Source: Piromyces finnis finn
Taxonomy: Eukaryota > Fungi > Neocallimastigomycota
DNA: 64,000 bases
NCBI GenBank assembly: GCA_002104945.1
Contig: MCFH01000051.1
Location: 62,001-126,000 of the forward strand
Direction of reading: 5' to 3'
The notes below the pieces were generated by a model, which saw only the letters and a program-made list of their open reading frames with translations, did not search any database and was not told the origin of the DNA. Position numbers and translations under genes: made by a program. The stretch's first letter is position 1, and every line of letters starts with the position of its first letter. Shown piece by piece: positions 1 through 18,993 of this stretch.

Positions 1-321
1 TTTTGTATTACATATAAATAAAAAGACAATTTAAAACTGAATGGCTATATAATATAAATTAATATATTAATCTATTATTTAATTGATGTTCTGCCATACT
101 CTCTTTATATTATTATGTGTGAAATAATTAGATAATATCTATATATATAAAAAAATGAATTAAGTTTTATTTAATATATTAATAATAAAATTAACATCAT
201 ATAATAATTATAATAATTATAAAAATTAATGTAAATTAATATGAATAATATGTTAATAGTTGACCAACAAAAAATGTTGAAGACATTTTTAAAGCTTTTC
301 TTATTATTATTAATTTTATAT

Positions 322-481
322 CATAATAAACATAATAAACATAATAAACATAATAAACATAATAAACATAATAAACATAATAAACATAATAATAATAATA
401 ATAATAATAAACATAATAAACATAATAAACATAATAATAATAATAATAATAAACATAATAATAATAATAATAATAATAAAC

Positions 482-531
<50 letters not shown>
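322..531. repeat. Compound microsatellite (CATAATAAA)n interleaved with (AAT)n
   Basis: Seen directly: about 7 tandem CATAATAAA units, then AAT runs punctuated by AAACAT. It explains the spurious HNK/poly-N and poly-I/MFI ORFs in the track. Confidence 0.95.
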
Positions 532-532
<1 letters not shown>

Positions 533-3247
533 GAAAGTGGTTTAATTGAATTAATATAATTAATATACATAATTTTTCTTATAAAAGTTTTTTTTAATTC
601 TAAATAGTACAAGTATTCAACATTAATATATAAAAAATAATAAACTAAGTTCGTTGTAAAATAAATTAATAGTTTAGCACTTAAAACTTTAAACTTTTTA
701 TACTTTAGTATAAAATAGGAAATTTTTTTTTTTATGTTTCAGGTAGATATTAAATAATATCAGTTAAAGAAATAGATGCCAAATTTAGTAACAATAAAGA
801 AAACTAATTAAAGGATATTAGTATACTTTAGAAAAAATTAGAAAAAGAGTAGTGGACTCTTTTCTTCTTCTATATCTTATTAGTATTGATTAATGCTTAA
901 TTTACAAAAATTTAAAATATAATTATATGTGAATAATATTACTAGTAGTTCGTAAATAATTTTTAATATATCTTTTTAGTTAATTTTATTATAATGGATA
1001 AATGACAACATACAAATAATAATAAACATCACTTTTATGTCTTTCATATAATATATTATAGTTTTATATATTATAATGATGGCTAAATCAATAATACTAA
1101 ATTGAAAATATAAAAAATGATATATATTTAAATATTAAATTTTATTTTTATTGTATATATTGAAAAACAAGTTAATATAATATCATAACAATTTAAGTCT
1201 TTTCATTTTGATAAATTCATAAGTAACTATTATTTACATGTGGTCATATATATATTATCATTATCTAGAAGGCTTTTTTCATAGTATTTATATTTGTCTT
1301 TATCCTATGTTTTCCTTTTTTAACTCCATTTTTTTTGGCGTATAAACCATGGTATCTTAATTAACTATTTATATAATCTTGTGATATAAATAATATAAAT
1401 ATTATAATTACTGATATATATATATTGACATGAACAAAGAAGGTAATAATTGTTTTAACAATTGTTATAATTTTTTTATTAAAAATTGTATTATTCTTTT
1501 AAATTTAAAAAAAATTTAATAATAAATTGTATTTTATATTAATTTTTTCCTTTTTTCCTTTATTTATTTCTTTTTTTTTATTGGCCAAAGCAAATTAACC
1601 TCCATATATTATTTTAATTTTAATATATTTTACAAATTGAAAAATGCATTTATCAATAATTTTTTGTTTATATCAACAGAAAAAGAAAAGTAAAATTTAA
1701 TAATTATAAAATTGAATTTATTAAAAAAGAATAAAATGTATATGAAAAAGGGGAAATTATAATGATCTTTTATGGCAATGTAATAAACAAAATATAGAAA
1801 GTAAATAATTAATATTATCATTGCCATAATTATATAAAAATAATTTTAAAATATTAATGTTTATTATTAATAATGAAGTTTATTGAAGTATACTATTATT
1901 CTTTTTATTATTATTTTATTAATATTTATTGATATATAAATTTTTAATATATATATTAATAAAAACAGTCAACAAAATAAAGTAAAATAAATACAAAAAG
2001 GTATATAGAATATCATTCATATAAGCAATTAGATGGCAATAAAACTTTATCAATAATTATTTATAATTTTAATAAAATATTTTCAAAGTTTATTTTTACA
2101 TTTATTTTTATAATAGCCTTTAACCTATCGGTCTAACATTAAAATAATATAAAACTGTTAAAAAATAATATTAAATAAAAAATATAGTATTTATATAATA
2201 AAGTTTTGTTAAAATAAAATTATATGTCTATTTTGAAAAGTAAATATTATAAATAAACTTTAAATAATTTAATATATAACAAGCTTTTTATTTTATTTGA
2301 AAAAGGAAAAACTTTAAAATTTTGGTGTCACAAGTTTTTTTTTTTTTTTTTTTTTTAAAATTATTAATAGCAAATTTAATAAAAGGAAAAATATTATTAA
2401 AGAAAGCCTTTTCAATACTAACAAATTATTACTTATTTATTATTATATTGAAAAAGTTTTTTTAACAAGTGGTATATTATTCGTAGGCAAAATCTTTTAT
2501 AGGATTTGATGATATAAAAGATAACTTTTATAGATTATTATATAAAATTACTTTTAATTGTGATAATAATATTATTAATTTGTACATCAATAACTAATTA
2601 TAGTAGTAAAAAAAAAACCTTAATGAGAAGAAATACTGTTATTATCCTGTTATTAGTAGTGATAGTATGTGGTGAAAAAAATAAAGATATTTTGAATAGT
2701 TTTAATGGCCATTTTTTTATGAAAGTGAGGAATGATTTTTTTTTTTTTTGAAATATATTAATTTCACTAATATACAAAATTCTATATAAAATATAAAAAA
2801 TTATCATATACTTATTATATTTTTAAATTAATTTCAGTGTATATTAACTTTAATACATTTCATCTCTATTGAATGATTCCAAATATGGTATTTTTATAAT
2901 AATATTATTATTTGAGTTTCTATTTTAAATAAAAGTAAAATATATTATAAATAATTGAAATATAGTTAATACATATAATATAATAAAAGACTTTTATATA
3001 TTAAAATAAAATAGATCGAATTATTTACCCAATTAATATTTTTTAAACATTTAAAAAAGGAAAAATATATTCAAATTATTTTGATATATAAATAATATAT
3101 TATTAATAACGTTTTAATATATACATGTTTTTAATTTTTAATTTATAATAATTTTATATTTTTCAAACTTTTTTATATTAATGAAATTAATTTAATATCA
3201 AATAATAAATGTATATTATATTATATCTTAATAAATTATAATAAATA

Positions 3248-3285
<38 letters not shown>

Positions 3286-4188
3286 CATAATTTTATATCT
3301 TCAAAAAGGGTTTATTATTATTATTATTTTTTTTTGTTTTATAGTAATATTCATATTATTTTAAACTTTTTTATATAAAAATTGATTTTATAAGAAAAAA
3401 AAGATTTTGTAATTATTACTATTTATTTAAATAAATATTATTATTATTATATATATTATGAAGCTTTGAATAAAATAACAATAATAGCATTTTAAACGAA
3501 TATATGAAACATCTGACATAGTGCAAAGATCTATTCACAAATTTTAAACCTTTTAAAAATGAACTAAAAAAAATTAGTAAATTTTGTAATTGTCTGATGA
3601 AAAAAAAAAGTATAATTATTTATCATTCTAATTAGCAACAAAGAAGTTATTAAAGAATTTATTATTTTTGAAAGAAAGGAAGAAAGAAAGAAAAAATAAC
3701 AGTATTTCATTTAATTATTATTAAATTTAAAGTATATTAAATAAATTTGAGCATTATTTTTCTAAATATATAAATATATATATATAAATATGTATATACT
3801 TTTTAATATGCTAAATTATAATTAAATAAATTCTAAGTAGATATCTATTATATAATTAATAATAGTGCAAAGAAATATTTTAATATTACTATTCAAAAAA
3901 GTAATAATTATGAAAAAGAAAGTTGAATATTTTTTTTAGTTATATTTTTACCAATTTTATACTTTAACATAAAGACTTATATTTTTAATATTTATTAAAA
4001 AAAAAAAAAAAAGAATCTTCATAAAATAAAATAATTAAATAAAAATTAAATAATATTATTATCATTAATAAAGGAACAGTAAAAAGCAAATATATATACG
4101 TAATTATAAATAAAGAATAAGAATATACTTATATTATTATTATCTTTATCAACAAGTAATTTATAAATTTATTATATAGTACAGTAAA

Positions 4189-10831
<6,643 letters not shown>

Positions 10832-11866
10832 TTTTTTTTTTTTTATTTTAAAAAAAGAAAAAATAAAAATTATCTTAATATTAAATATTTATTATTTAAA
10901 ATATTTTATAAATTCATAGTTATTTTAATATAATATATTAATACTATCAATAATTATTTTATATTTTTAAAGTAATTAATATTATAATATAATTGATAAT
11001 TATTTAAAGTAATCAATAATATATGTATATATTTTTATTTTTTTAAAATAATAAATAATTATATTTCATCAAACCTTTTTTTTTTTTTAAATAAAAATAT
11101 ATATATTTGAAGTATTTTTTTATATAATTTTTTTTTATTTATATATTAGTTTTTATTTTTAATATTTTTTATTTTAAATTTTGATATTTCTGAATAATTT
11201 TAAATCCAGGGTACTTTTTTTCAATTTCTTTTCTTTGAAAAGAGCATATTAAAATTTAATTTGATTAAATAAAATACAGTCTTTATTTTCTGAAGGGATG
11301 GTTAAATTATGGACCATACATAATTAATTTTTTAATATCAAAACTAAATGATTAATCAATAAAGGTAATATATTACAATATAGTTTAATATATTAATCAT
11401 TTTTAATTGACCAAGATTTTTAAATTATACTTAAAATTTTAATTAAACATTAATTATATGTAAATTTAGAATTAAAATTTTAAAATTTTAATATAAAATT
11501 TGGTTTTAAAAAAAAAATTAAATAGTTATATTTATTATTAATTTTTTTTTAATTCAGTTACTTTTTTTTTTTTTACTTTTTTAAAATATTTTTATAATAT
11601 TATTTCAATTACAGGAAAAAAGGTATAATTAACCTTATTATTCAATAAAGATAAAATACATATTATTAACAATAATATAATAACATAATTTTTTTTAATA
11701 TCTTTGGTTTATATAATGCTTTATTTTATATAATAAAATAACCGTAGTAGTCCTATATAATATTTATATATTTTGAAAAAAAAATATCTGAATAATTGTA
11801 ATTTTTTTATTATACACATCCAAATAATAACTAAACAAGTACTTTAAGCTTTCACAATATACTAAC

Positions 11867-13067
11867 ATGAGTGAGTCAAGAACTGAACTTATAGCTTGGT
11901 TGAATGATTTATTAAAATTAAATTATACCAAGGTTGAACAATGTGGAACAGGTAATAATTTAAACGAAAAGAGAAATAGAAACATATATATAATGAAAGC
12001 GAAAAGAGCATAATGATAACAGCAGCAACAATAATTCTTTAAAGCCAATTAAATATTAATAAAATACTAAAATTAAATTAATTACATATATATTTATAGG
12101 TGCAGCTCATTGTCAAATTATTGATTCAATTTATCGTAACTATTTTTTTTCTATTTATAAATAATATATAAATTGTAAATAAAAATAATAACAATAATAA
12201 ATTTTAATAAATCTATTAAAAAAAAAAAAAAAATTAAATAGCTGGTACTGTTCATTTATCAAAAGTTAAATTTAACGCAAATCAAGAATTTGAATATATT
12301 CAAAATTTTAAAATTTTACAAGCAGCTTTCCAAAAGAATTCAATTGATAAGGTAAATAAAATAAATGTCATATTCATTATGTTAATTTATTTATAAGTGC
12401 TATTATTAATATGTAAAATAAAATTATTCAAATTAAATAAATAAAAAAAAATAGATAAAAGGATTTTGAATATATTATTATATTATTATTTGACTAATTA
12501 GTTTTTTATTATATATTATATATAAAGACTATTCCAGTTGAGAGACTTGTTAAATGTAGATTTCAAGATAATTTAGAATTTTTACAGTGGATTAAAAGAT
12601 ATTGGGATACTTATTTCAGTGGTGAAGATTATGATGCTTTGTCTAGAAGAAATAATAATTCTCCAATGACCAGAAGAGGAAGTAATATTAAGCATTAAAG
12701 TTTTATGATATATATTAATAATATTTAGTAATAAGTTTATTTATATTCTGATGTTGTTATATAAAAAATAAATTACTATTATTAATTAAATAATTCTAAA
12801 CTATATATATACATTTCCCTTTTTATTAAAATATTATAACTTTTTATTCATAATGAATTATTTATATAAATAATAAACCATTGTAATAGCAAAGGATAGT
12901 ATTACTTCAAATATAAGAAAATCTTCAGTAAATAGTAATAAAAAAACTGTTGATAATAAGAAAAAAATGGTAGATTCATCATTAAGGTATATACATAGTA
13001 TAGAATATAAATTAAAATAAGATTACTATATATTGATTAGATTTTAAAGTTAATTAAAAAAATAAAT

Positions 13068-13114
<47 letters not shown>

Positions 13115-13786
13115 TATATAAAATGAATAATGTATTTAAATTTATTTTTTTCTTTAATTTTTTACATATAATTGGTTAATTTAGTAAACAAAATAGTAAG
13201 ATTGATGAATATGAAAAAGTTATTTTAGGATTAAATGAAGAAATTGATGAATTAAAGATGAATATAGATGGTTTAGAAAAAGAAAGAAACTTTTACTTTG
13301 GAAAACTTCGGGAAATTGAAATTCTAGTTCAAACACAAATTGAAGTAAAAATATATATATTCATTTATATACATTTATAATAAATAATAAAAAAATTTTT
13401 TATGCTCTAAATAGAAATATTAAGAAAAGAAACAATTAAAAAGCAAGTGTATTAAAAAACCTTTTATTATTATTATTTTTATATATATTTTATAACTATG
13501 TTATTATTATATGTAATTAGAGTGAACCAATAAATCCAGAACATTCATCAATATTAAAGGATATTCAAACTATTTTATATAGTACTGAGGTAAATTATTG
13601 TTATTGATTATAACAAAATAACAATATATTATATAAATAAAATACATTATATATTTATTAGTTTAATAAATATTATTATTTCTAAATTAACATTTTGATT
13701 TAAATTTAATTTTGTATTTTTTGTAGGAGGGATTTGAAATACCTGATAATGGGGAAACTGGAGAAAATGAAGAAGAAATGTTTTAA
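11867..13786 (+). CDS. BIM1: EB1/Bim1 microtubule plus-end tracking protein (RP/EB family), ~256 aa, 8 exons
   Basis: Exons 11867-11951, 12100-12135, 12242-12351, 12528-12681, 12890-12986, 13185-13344, 13521-13589, 13727-13786. CH domain [52 protein letters not shown]; EBH domain [30 protein letters not shown]; acidic-aromatic tail EEEMF. Missed by the ORF track because the exons are short. Confidence 0.95.
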
Positions 13787-14373
13787 ATTGAAAATTATAT
13801 ATATTATTTGAATAAATATTCTATAAATATTTCTCTACTACTTTAAATAATCAATTTTATTATTAAATAAATAATAATAAATTTGTTGTTTTATATAACT
13901 TATATCCATATATATTAATATATATGAAATGAAAAAAAAAGTAATATAGCTTATTACCTTTTTTTTTTTTTTCAATTTTTTTTATAAGATAATGAATATA
14001 TCTTTTTGTAATATAATGTAACATAATAAAAACAAAACAATAATAACAATAATAATTATTAATAAACATGCTTATAAAATTACATTTATTATTATTTTCA
14101 AACAGTTTGATCTTTTTATTAAGACATAAAAATAATTTATAATATTTTAATTGAGTAGATAAAATAAAGAGGAAAATTTATGATATAAATATTTATTTAT
14201 TTAAATTATCTATTTATAAAATAAAATAATATAATATTAATAATAATTATATACAAACAATTTAAGTAAAAATCAGATGAAAAATATAGAAAAGAATGAA
14301 TAGATTTCAAAATTGTTCTTATTTTTTTTTTCTATTGAAAAAAAAAGAAAGAAAAAACTAATTTTATTATAAT

Positions 14374-17300
14374 TTAATTAAAAATAAAAAATAAAATTGT
14401 GAAAGTTAAAATAAATAATGTGTTTACTCTATACATATACTGTGATTGTATTGGGAGTGCTAAAGAAGTGCCATTATTTTCTTTATTATTCGGATCTTGA
14501 TTAGTATTGTCATCATTAGAATTTAAATTATTATCTGAAATACTAGATTGACAGTATAAAGAATATGTGTCATCATCTTTATTTATTGGTACTAGAGTAT
14601 ATAATGTTGAATTATAATTGTTTTCAGCAATAACTTTTATCAAAATCCTATTTCCTTGAGCTTCTGAAGAAATCGATGCGGTACCAAGATCCTTAATAGA
14701 AATATTATCTAATATATTATTAGTATCATATGAAGTTTTGGGGTTACAATATATAAAGATATATGAGTTATCACTATATTCTACTACTGGTTTTTTATTA
14801 ACATAGAACATTGAAACTGTAGATCGATCTGCATTATTATCACTAGAAATGTATTGAATAGTATAGGATACATATTCATTATTCGGTGCAAAGAAAGTAA
14901 TATATATTTCTTTATTCAAAATAAAATATGAAATATTGTAGATAGTGTATGGACTTTCTGTTTTAATTGAAATTGTTTTTTCAGTAATGTCATTTTTATC
15001 GTTAATCACAGCATAATATAGATAGCGATTTTCAATGATATCTAATTTATAATCATTTATAATAATATATTCAACTTTAAGATTATTGCTAGCAAATTCA
15101 ATAGAGATTTTAATGTCTGATGATGGCATAACAAATCGATAAGATTGATTAATACTAATACATTCAATCATTTTTTTATCTTTCAAATTAGTATAGATGA
15201 TTTCTCCTGTATTTTTATTCATGATTGTTATTTCTTTTACTCCATAACCTTCTGGTGGAGAAACTGAAAGATAAACTAATGTAGATTCTAGTGCGCTTTC
15301 TGGTACATTAACTTCAATATCAGTAACTTTTGATGAAGATATTATTGTATCACCATTTTCAAGGCTATATAAAAATTCTCTTTTATTATTTTTGGCTTTT
15401 TCAATTTTACTACTTTTAATAGTGGGTTTCATTTTTTTTGCTTTTTTCTTTTTTCCTGATTTTTTTGCTTTATCTAAATATTTACATCCACCATTTTTAA
15501 AAGTATAAACTTCATTTGTCTCTATATTATTACAATGATACTTAAACTTTGTATTCAAGTTAAAGTAACAATTATACTTATTATCAATAATAACTTTTTC
15601 TGTAGGTTGATTCATGGTATTAAGTTTATTTTGATAAATAATATCTAATGTTTTGCAAATATTATTTTCATTATTGTGATAAACTCCGTCACGATCAAAG
15701 TTGATAACATTAGAGAAATTATCAGTTATATTTAAATTATTATTATAAGCATTATCTTCTTTAAGTTTTGTATTACTTGTGTTCACTTCAGAATTTTCTT
15801 TTAATATATTCATATAAGTATTGAATTGAATGCTATATTTTTTTTGAGATACTTGATTGTTTAATTCAGATTTATAGGAAATTATCCATAGGTATTGAGA
15901 AGAACGAATTTTTGTGATGATACCATGAGAATAGAATTTAAGATTACAGCTACTTAAGTTTTTTGGATTTCCTTCATTATCTTTACTAATTAAATAACAT
16001 TTATAAGTATTGAAATTGTATTGTTTAAAATCGTTTGTCCATGGAATTAATATTTCTAATTGTGATGTTGCCTTAAGAGTAGTTCCAGTCATTGATTTAA
16101 TGGAAATATCTGTTAAATACTCTGTGTTAATTTCTGTATTATTGTAATTAATATCTTTTTTCATTAATATTTCACTTATATTATTATATATTTCCTTTTT
16201 AACTTGTCTTGATTGAATTATGATATCATTTTTATAAAATATATTATTATATTCATCATAAAACATTATATTATTATTAATACTGTCTGGAATAGAATAA
16301 GATAGTTTTGATGAAGGTGATTTACCATTATAAGAATATTGATAATATATAGTTCTTTGATGATCATAATCGTGTTCAGAAGAAATAATATAGCTAAAAC
16401 CAACAGGAGAAATATTATTTTCGTTTTTTAAGCCATTTATCTTAAAGTGATATACAATATTAGAAATACTTAAATCTGGGGTAAATATAAAATCAATACA
16501 ATTTGTTTTTTCATTAAATTTAATATTATTAATTGAAAAGTTTACATCCTTTTCTTCATCTTTAAGTATTGAATTAATTAAAGTATACTTTACTTCTATT
16601 GATATTTCTTTCTCCCTTTTTATTAATTGTTGATTATAACAGATGGATACACTGGTGGATTTTAAATTAATATAGTAATTCGGAAGAGGAGAGCTCTTTT
16701 TATAATCGATTGTGACACCATTTTGAGTTAAGGGTGGTGAAGCATCATAATATTTATATTTAGTTGTATATAAAATTTCAAATTTATCTTTATATGCTTT
16801 TAAGAAGTTTGTCCAATCTTTATGTTCTTTTGTGATTATTTTTCCATTTTCAATGACTTCTTCAATCCCTTCTTTACCAATTGAGAAATTTTCACCAAAA
16901 ATTTCATACCAATAAGATATAGGGACAGAAGTTATATAGAATTTAATGTATTGATTAGAAGCATATTTATTATTAATATTAATGAAGGAATGTCCAGGAA
17001 TGAACTGATAGGAGGTATAATTTCTAGTTATCGGTATATAGGTATATTCTTCAGAATTAAATATGTCATCAATTGATAAACTGTTCATTGTATTATTTTT
17101 ATTTTGATTTGTATAGCTATTAGTATTTGTGTAATTTTCTTTAGTTATATTAACATCTACCTCTGCATTTAGAGTCATATTAGTATAAAAGACAGGCATT
17201 TTTTCAGTTTCTTCATATACTCCAATTATATCTGATCTTTTTGAGATAATAAAACGATCGTTGTAATTTTCATAAAATATGTTATTTTTGTTCTTATTAT

Positions 17301-18993
17301 TAATACTACTAAACAAAAGTTCATCTTCAATAGGTTCGGAATCAACATTACCAAAATCTTCATATCTTTTATAAGAATCTACAATTTGCCCATTATAATA
17401 CATTTTCACATAACTAGTTTCTTGTATTTCTTTAACTAATAAATATGACATTGTATTTACATCAAACATTTCAGAAAACAAGTCATATGATAAAACTATG
17501 TTTTCAATTAAATCTTTATTATTTATTTTAAAATCAATTGATTTTACATTTATGTTAATAAATATTTTGTCTTTTTCTGAATTTATAATATCTCTTTTTT
17601 CAATAGTACTTTTTTCTCCTTTTTCATTGGCAATAGCATGAACTTTTAAATTTTTATATGAATTAGAAAATATCATTTCATTTAATACAGTAACATTATA
17701 ATTACTATATGAAGTTTTAACATCCATATAAAATTCATAATTTTGTTGAGTGAGTTTTGGAAATAAAAAATATGTATCTCTAGAAGCGAAAAGTGAACTA
17801 TCTTCTAATAAATAATTATTTGTAACTTCTGATCCAAACGCTGTGTATGGAATATAGTCATTTTTATTAACTTCATCATTTGTCATTGTTAATTCATTAT
17901 CATTTTCGTGGTTAACAAAATTATTTTGTCTTAGTTTTTCTATTGTCTTTGTATCCATTTTATATACTTTATAATAATTTAATGCCAAATCAATACTATA
18001 CCATTCATCATATATATTTATGACATTCCACATTTCGTTATTATTAATATTATTATTTTTTATATTGTCTGTGGTTTTCCCCCACACTAATATGCATTTG
18101 ATTCCAATATAATCCATAGCTAATTTAAATGTCTTTGCTAAATTAACAGATGTTGCAAATCCCGATTTAAATAGTCCATAAACCTCTTCTGCATTACGAT
18201 CTTTATATATAGTGTCCGTAATATTTTTTTTACCAAATGTCACATTATTACTGTCAAAAGATTCTACTTTACTGTAGATATTATTGATTACATTATTAAT
18301 AATTGTATTAATACCTTTACTAAAACTCGATACAGTCCAATAATAATCTTTATTGACAACTACTGGTACATCAACAAAAGTATTTTTAATAATCTCGTAA
18401 TATATAAATTTAATTTGCTCATTAATATAATCTTTTATTATATCTTTAGAATTTTTATTTTTTCTTGAATTATTTGTTAGACCTTTGTATAGATAGGAAT
18501 AGGTATTTTCATACATACCAGCATTTATTGTTTCATTGATATAAACCGTATTTTCAGGTGTTATAAATTCATTATGAACTAATATCAATTTTCCATTTTT
18601 ATGATATTCAATGTCTAAAGCATCCCAATCAATAAAACTTAATTCAGGGTAATCATAACGTGCAGCATATTTTGCGTTATTAAAATAATTTTTAAAATCA
18701 CTTAACTGTTTTTCAAAAATAAGATAGACATTTTGAGGGGTGCTATATTCGGTTGAATGACTATTTTTAAAAGATTGTATTAATGTTGTGGTGTTTAAAT
18801 GAACATATTCATTTTCTGAAATGATATTATCTAAATTATTTATAAGTAAATCATAAATATTTTTCTCCACATTATTTAACTGGTTATAATAATACTGATA
18901 ATTATTTTTATTTAAAAAGAAAGTAAAACTTGAGGTTTTTTTAAAACTTCCGAAAATGGAAAGTAAGTATATTAATATGTAGGTATATCGCAT
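14374..18993 (-). CDS. Large intronless secreted/cell-surface protein (1539 aa): signal peptide, transglutaminase-like (cysteine-proteinase fold) domain with apparently replaced catalytic residues, Ig-like/bacterial surface repeat modules, C-terminal hydrophobic (GPI-type) anchor signal
   Basis: Single 4.6-kb ORF. N-terminus MRYTYILIYLLSIFGSF. Motifs YYYNQL..EKNIYDLL, DYPELSFID, VYGLFKSGFATSVNLAKTFKLAMDYIGIKCILVWG, EMWNVINIYDEWYSID, VYLSVSPPEGYGVKEI..YRFVMPSSDIKISIEF, IKVIAENNYNSTLYTL. C-terminus NNGTS..LFILTFTILFFIFN. The ORF is certain; domain names are from motif recall. Confidence 0.8.
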   Translation of the reverse strand: MRYTYILIYLLSIFGSFKKTSSFTFFLNKNNYQYYYNQLNNVEKNIYDLLINNLDNIISENEYVHLNTTTLIQSFKNSHSTEYSTPQNVYLIFEKQLSDFKNYFNNAKYAARYDYPELSFIDWDALDIEYHKNGKLILVHNEFITPENTVYINETINAGMYENTYSYLYKGLTNNSRKNKNSKDIIKDYINEQIKFIYYEIIKNTFVDVPVVVNKDYYWTVSSFSKGINTIINNVINNIYSKVESFDSNNVTFGKKNITDTIYKDRNAEEVYGLFKSGFATSVNLAKTFKLAMDYIGIKCILVWGKTTDNIKNNNINNNEMWNVINIYDEWYSIDLALNYYKVYKMDTKTIEKLRQNNFVNHENDNELTMTNDEVNKNDYIPYTAFGSEVTNNYLLEDSSLFASRDTYFLFPKLTQQNYEFYMDVKTSYSNYNVTVLNEMIFSNSYKNLKVHAIANEKGEKSTIEKRDIINSEKDKIFININVKSIDFKINNKDLIENIVLSYDLFSEMFDVNTMSYLLVKEIQETSYVKMYYNGQIVDSYKRYEDFGNVDSEPIEDELLFSSINNKNKNNIFYENYNDRFIISKRSDIIGVYEETEKMPVFYTNMTLNAEVDVNITKENYTNTNSYTNQNKNNTMNSLSIDDIFNSEEYTYIPITRNYTSYQFIPGHSFININNKYASNQYIKFYITSVPISYWYEIFGENFSIGKEGIEEVIENGKIITKEHKDWTNFLKAYKDKFEILYTTKYKYYDASPPLTQNGVTIDYKKSSPLPNYYINLKSTSVSICYNQQLIKREKEISIEVKYTLINSILKDEEKDVNFSINNIKFNEKTNCIDFIFTPDLSISNIVYHFKINGLKNENNISPVGFSYIISSEHDYDHQRTIYYQYSYNGKSPSSKLSYSIPDSINNNIMFYDEYNNIFYKNDIIIQSRQVKKEIYNNISEILMKKDINYNNTEINTEYLTDISIKSMTGTTLKATSQLEILIPWTNDFKQYNFNTYKCYLISKDNEGNPKNLSSCNLKFYSHGIITKIRSSQYLWIISYKSELNNQVSQKKYSIQFNTYMNILKENSEVNTSNTKLKEDNAYNNNLNITDNFSNVINFDRDGVYHNNENNICKTLDIIYQNKLNTMNQPTEKVIIDNKYNCYFNLNTKFKYHCNNIETNEVYTFKNGGCKYLDKAKKSGKKKKAKKMKPTIKSSKIEKAKNNKREFLYSLENGDTIISSSKVTDIEVNVPESALESTLVYLSVSPPEGYGVKEITIMNKNTGEIIYTNLKDKKMIECISINQSYRFVMPSSDIKISIEFASNNLKVEYIIINDYKLDIIENRYLYYAVINDKNDITEKTISIKTESPYTIYNISYFILNKEIYITFFAPNNEYVSYTIQYISSDNNADRSTVSMFYVNKKPVVEYSDNSYIFIYCNPKTSYDTNNILDNISIKDLGTASISSEAQGNRILIKVIAENNYNSTLYTLVPINKDDDTYSLYCQSSISDNNLNSNDDNTNQDPNNKENNGTSLALPIQSQYMYRVNTLFILTFTILFFIFN

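Noticed and set aside
241-612. ORFs 241..549 (+) and 316..612 (-)
   Set aside because: Both are translations of the CATAATAAA/AAT microsatellite, with no coding signal outside the repeat.
843-863. Hairpin AAAAGAGT-AGTGG-ACTCTTTT
   Set aside because: An 8-bp, mostly A/T stem is expected by chance in such AT-rich DNA; no partner copy suggests a MITE or terminator.
3504-3600. Possible C/D-box snoRNA (CTGA and TGATGA present)
   Set aside because: The boxes are in the wrong order (TGATGA at the 3' end), with no terminal stem or recognisable rRNA guide.
14374-18993. Fungal scaffoldin (large, secreted, C-terminally anchored)
   Set aside because: I see no array of short tandem cohesin-like repeats; the TGase-like plus Ig-like architecture fits better. 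A scaffoldin HMM would settle it.
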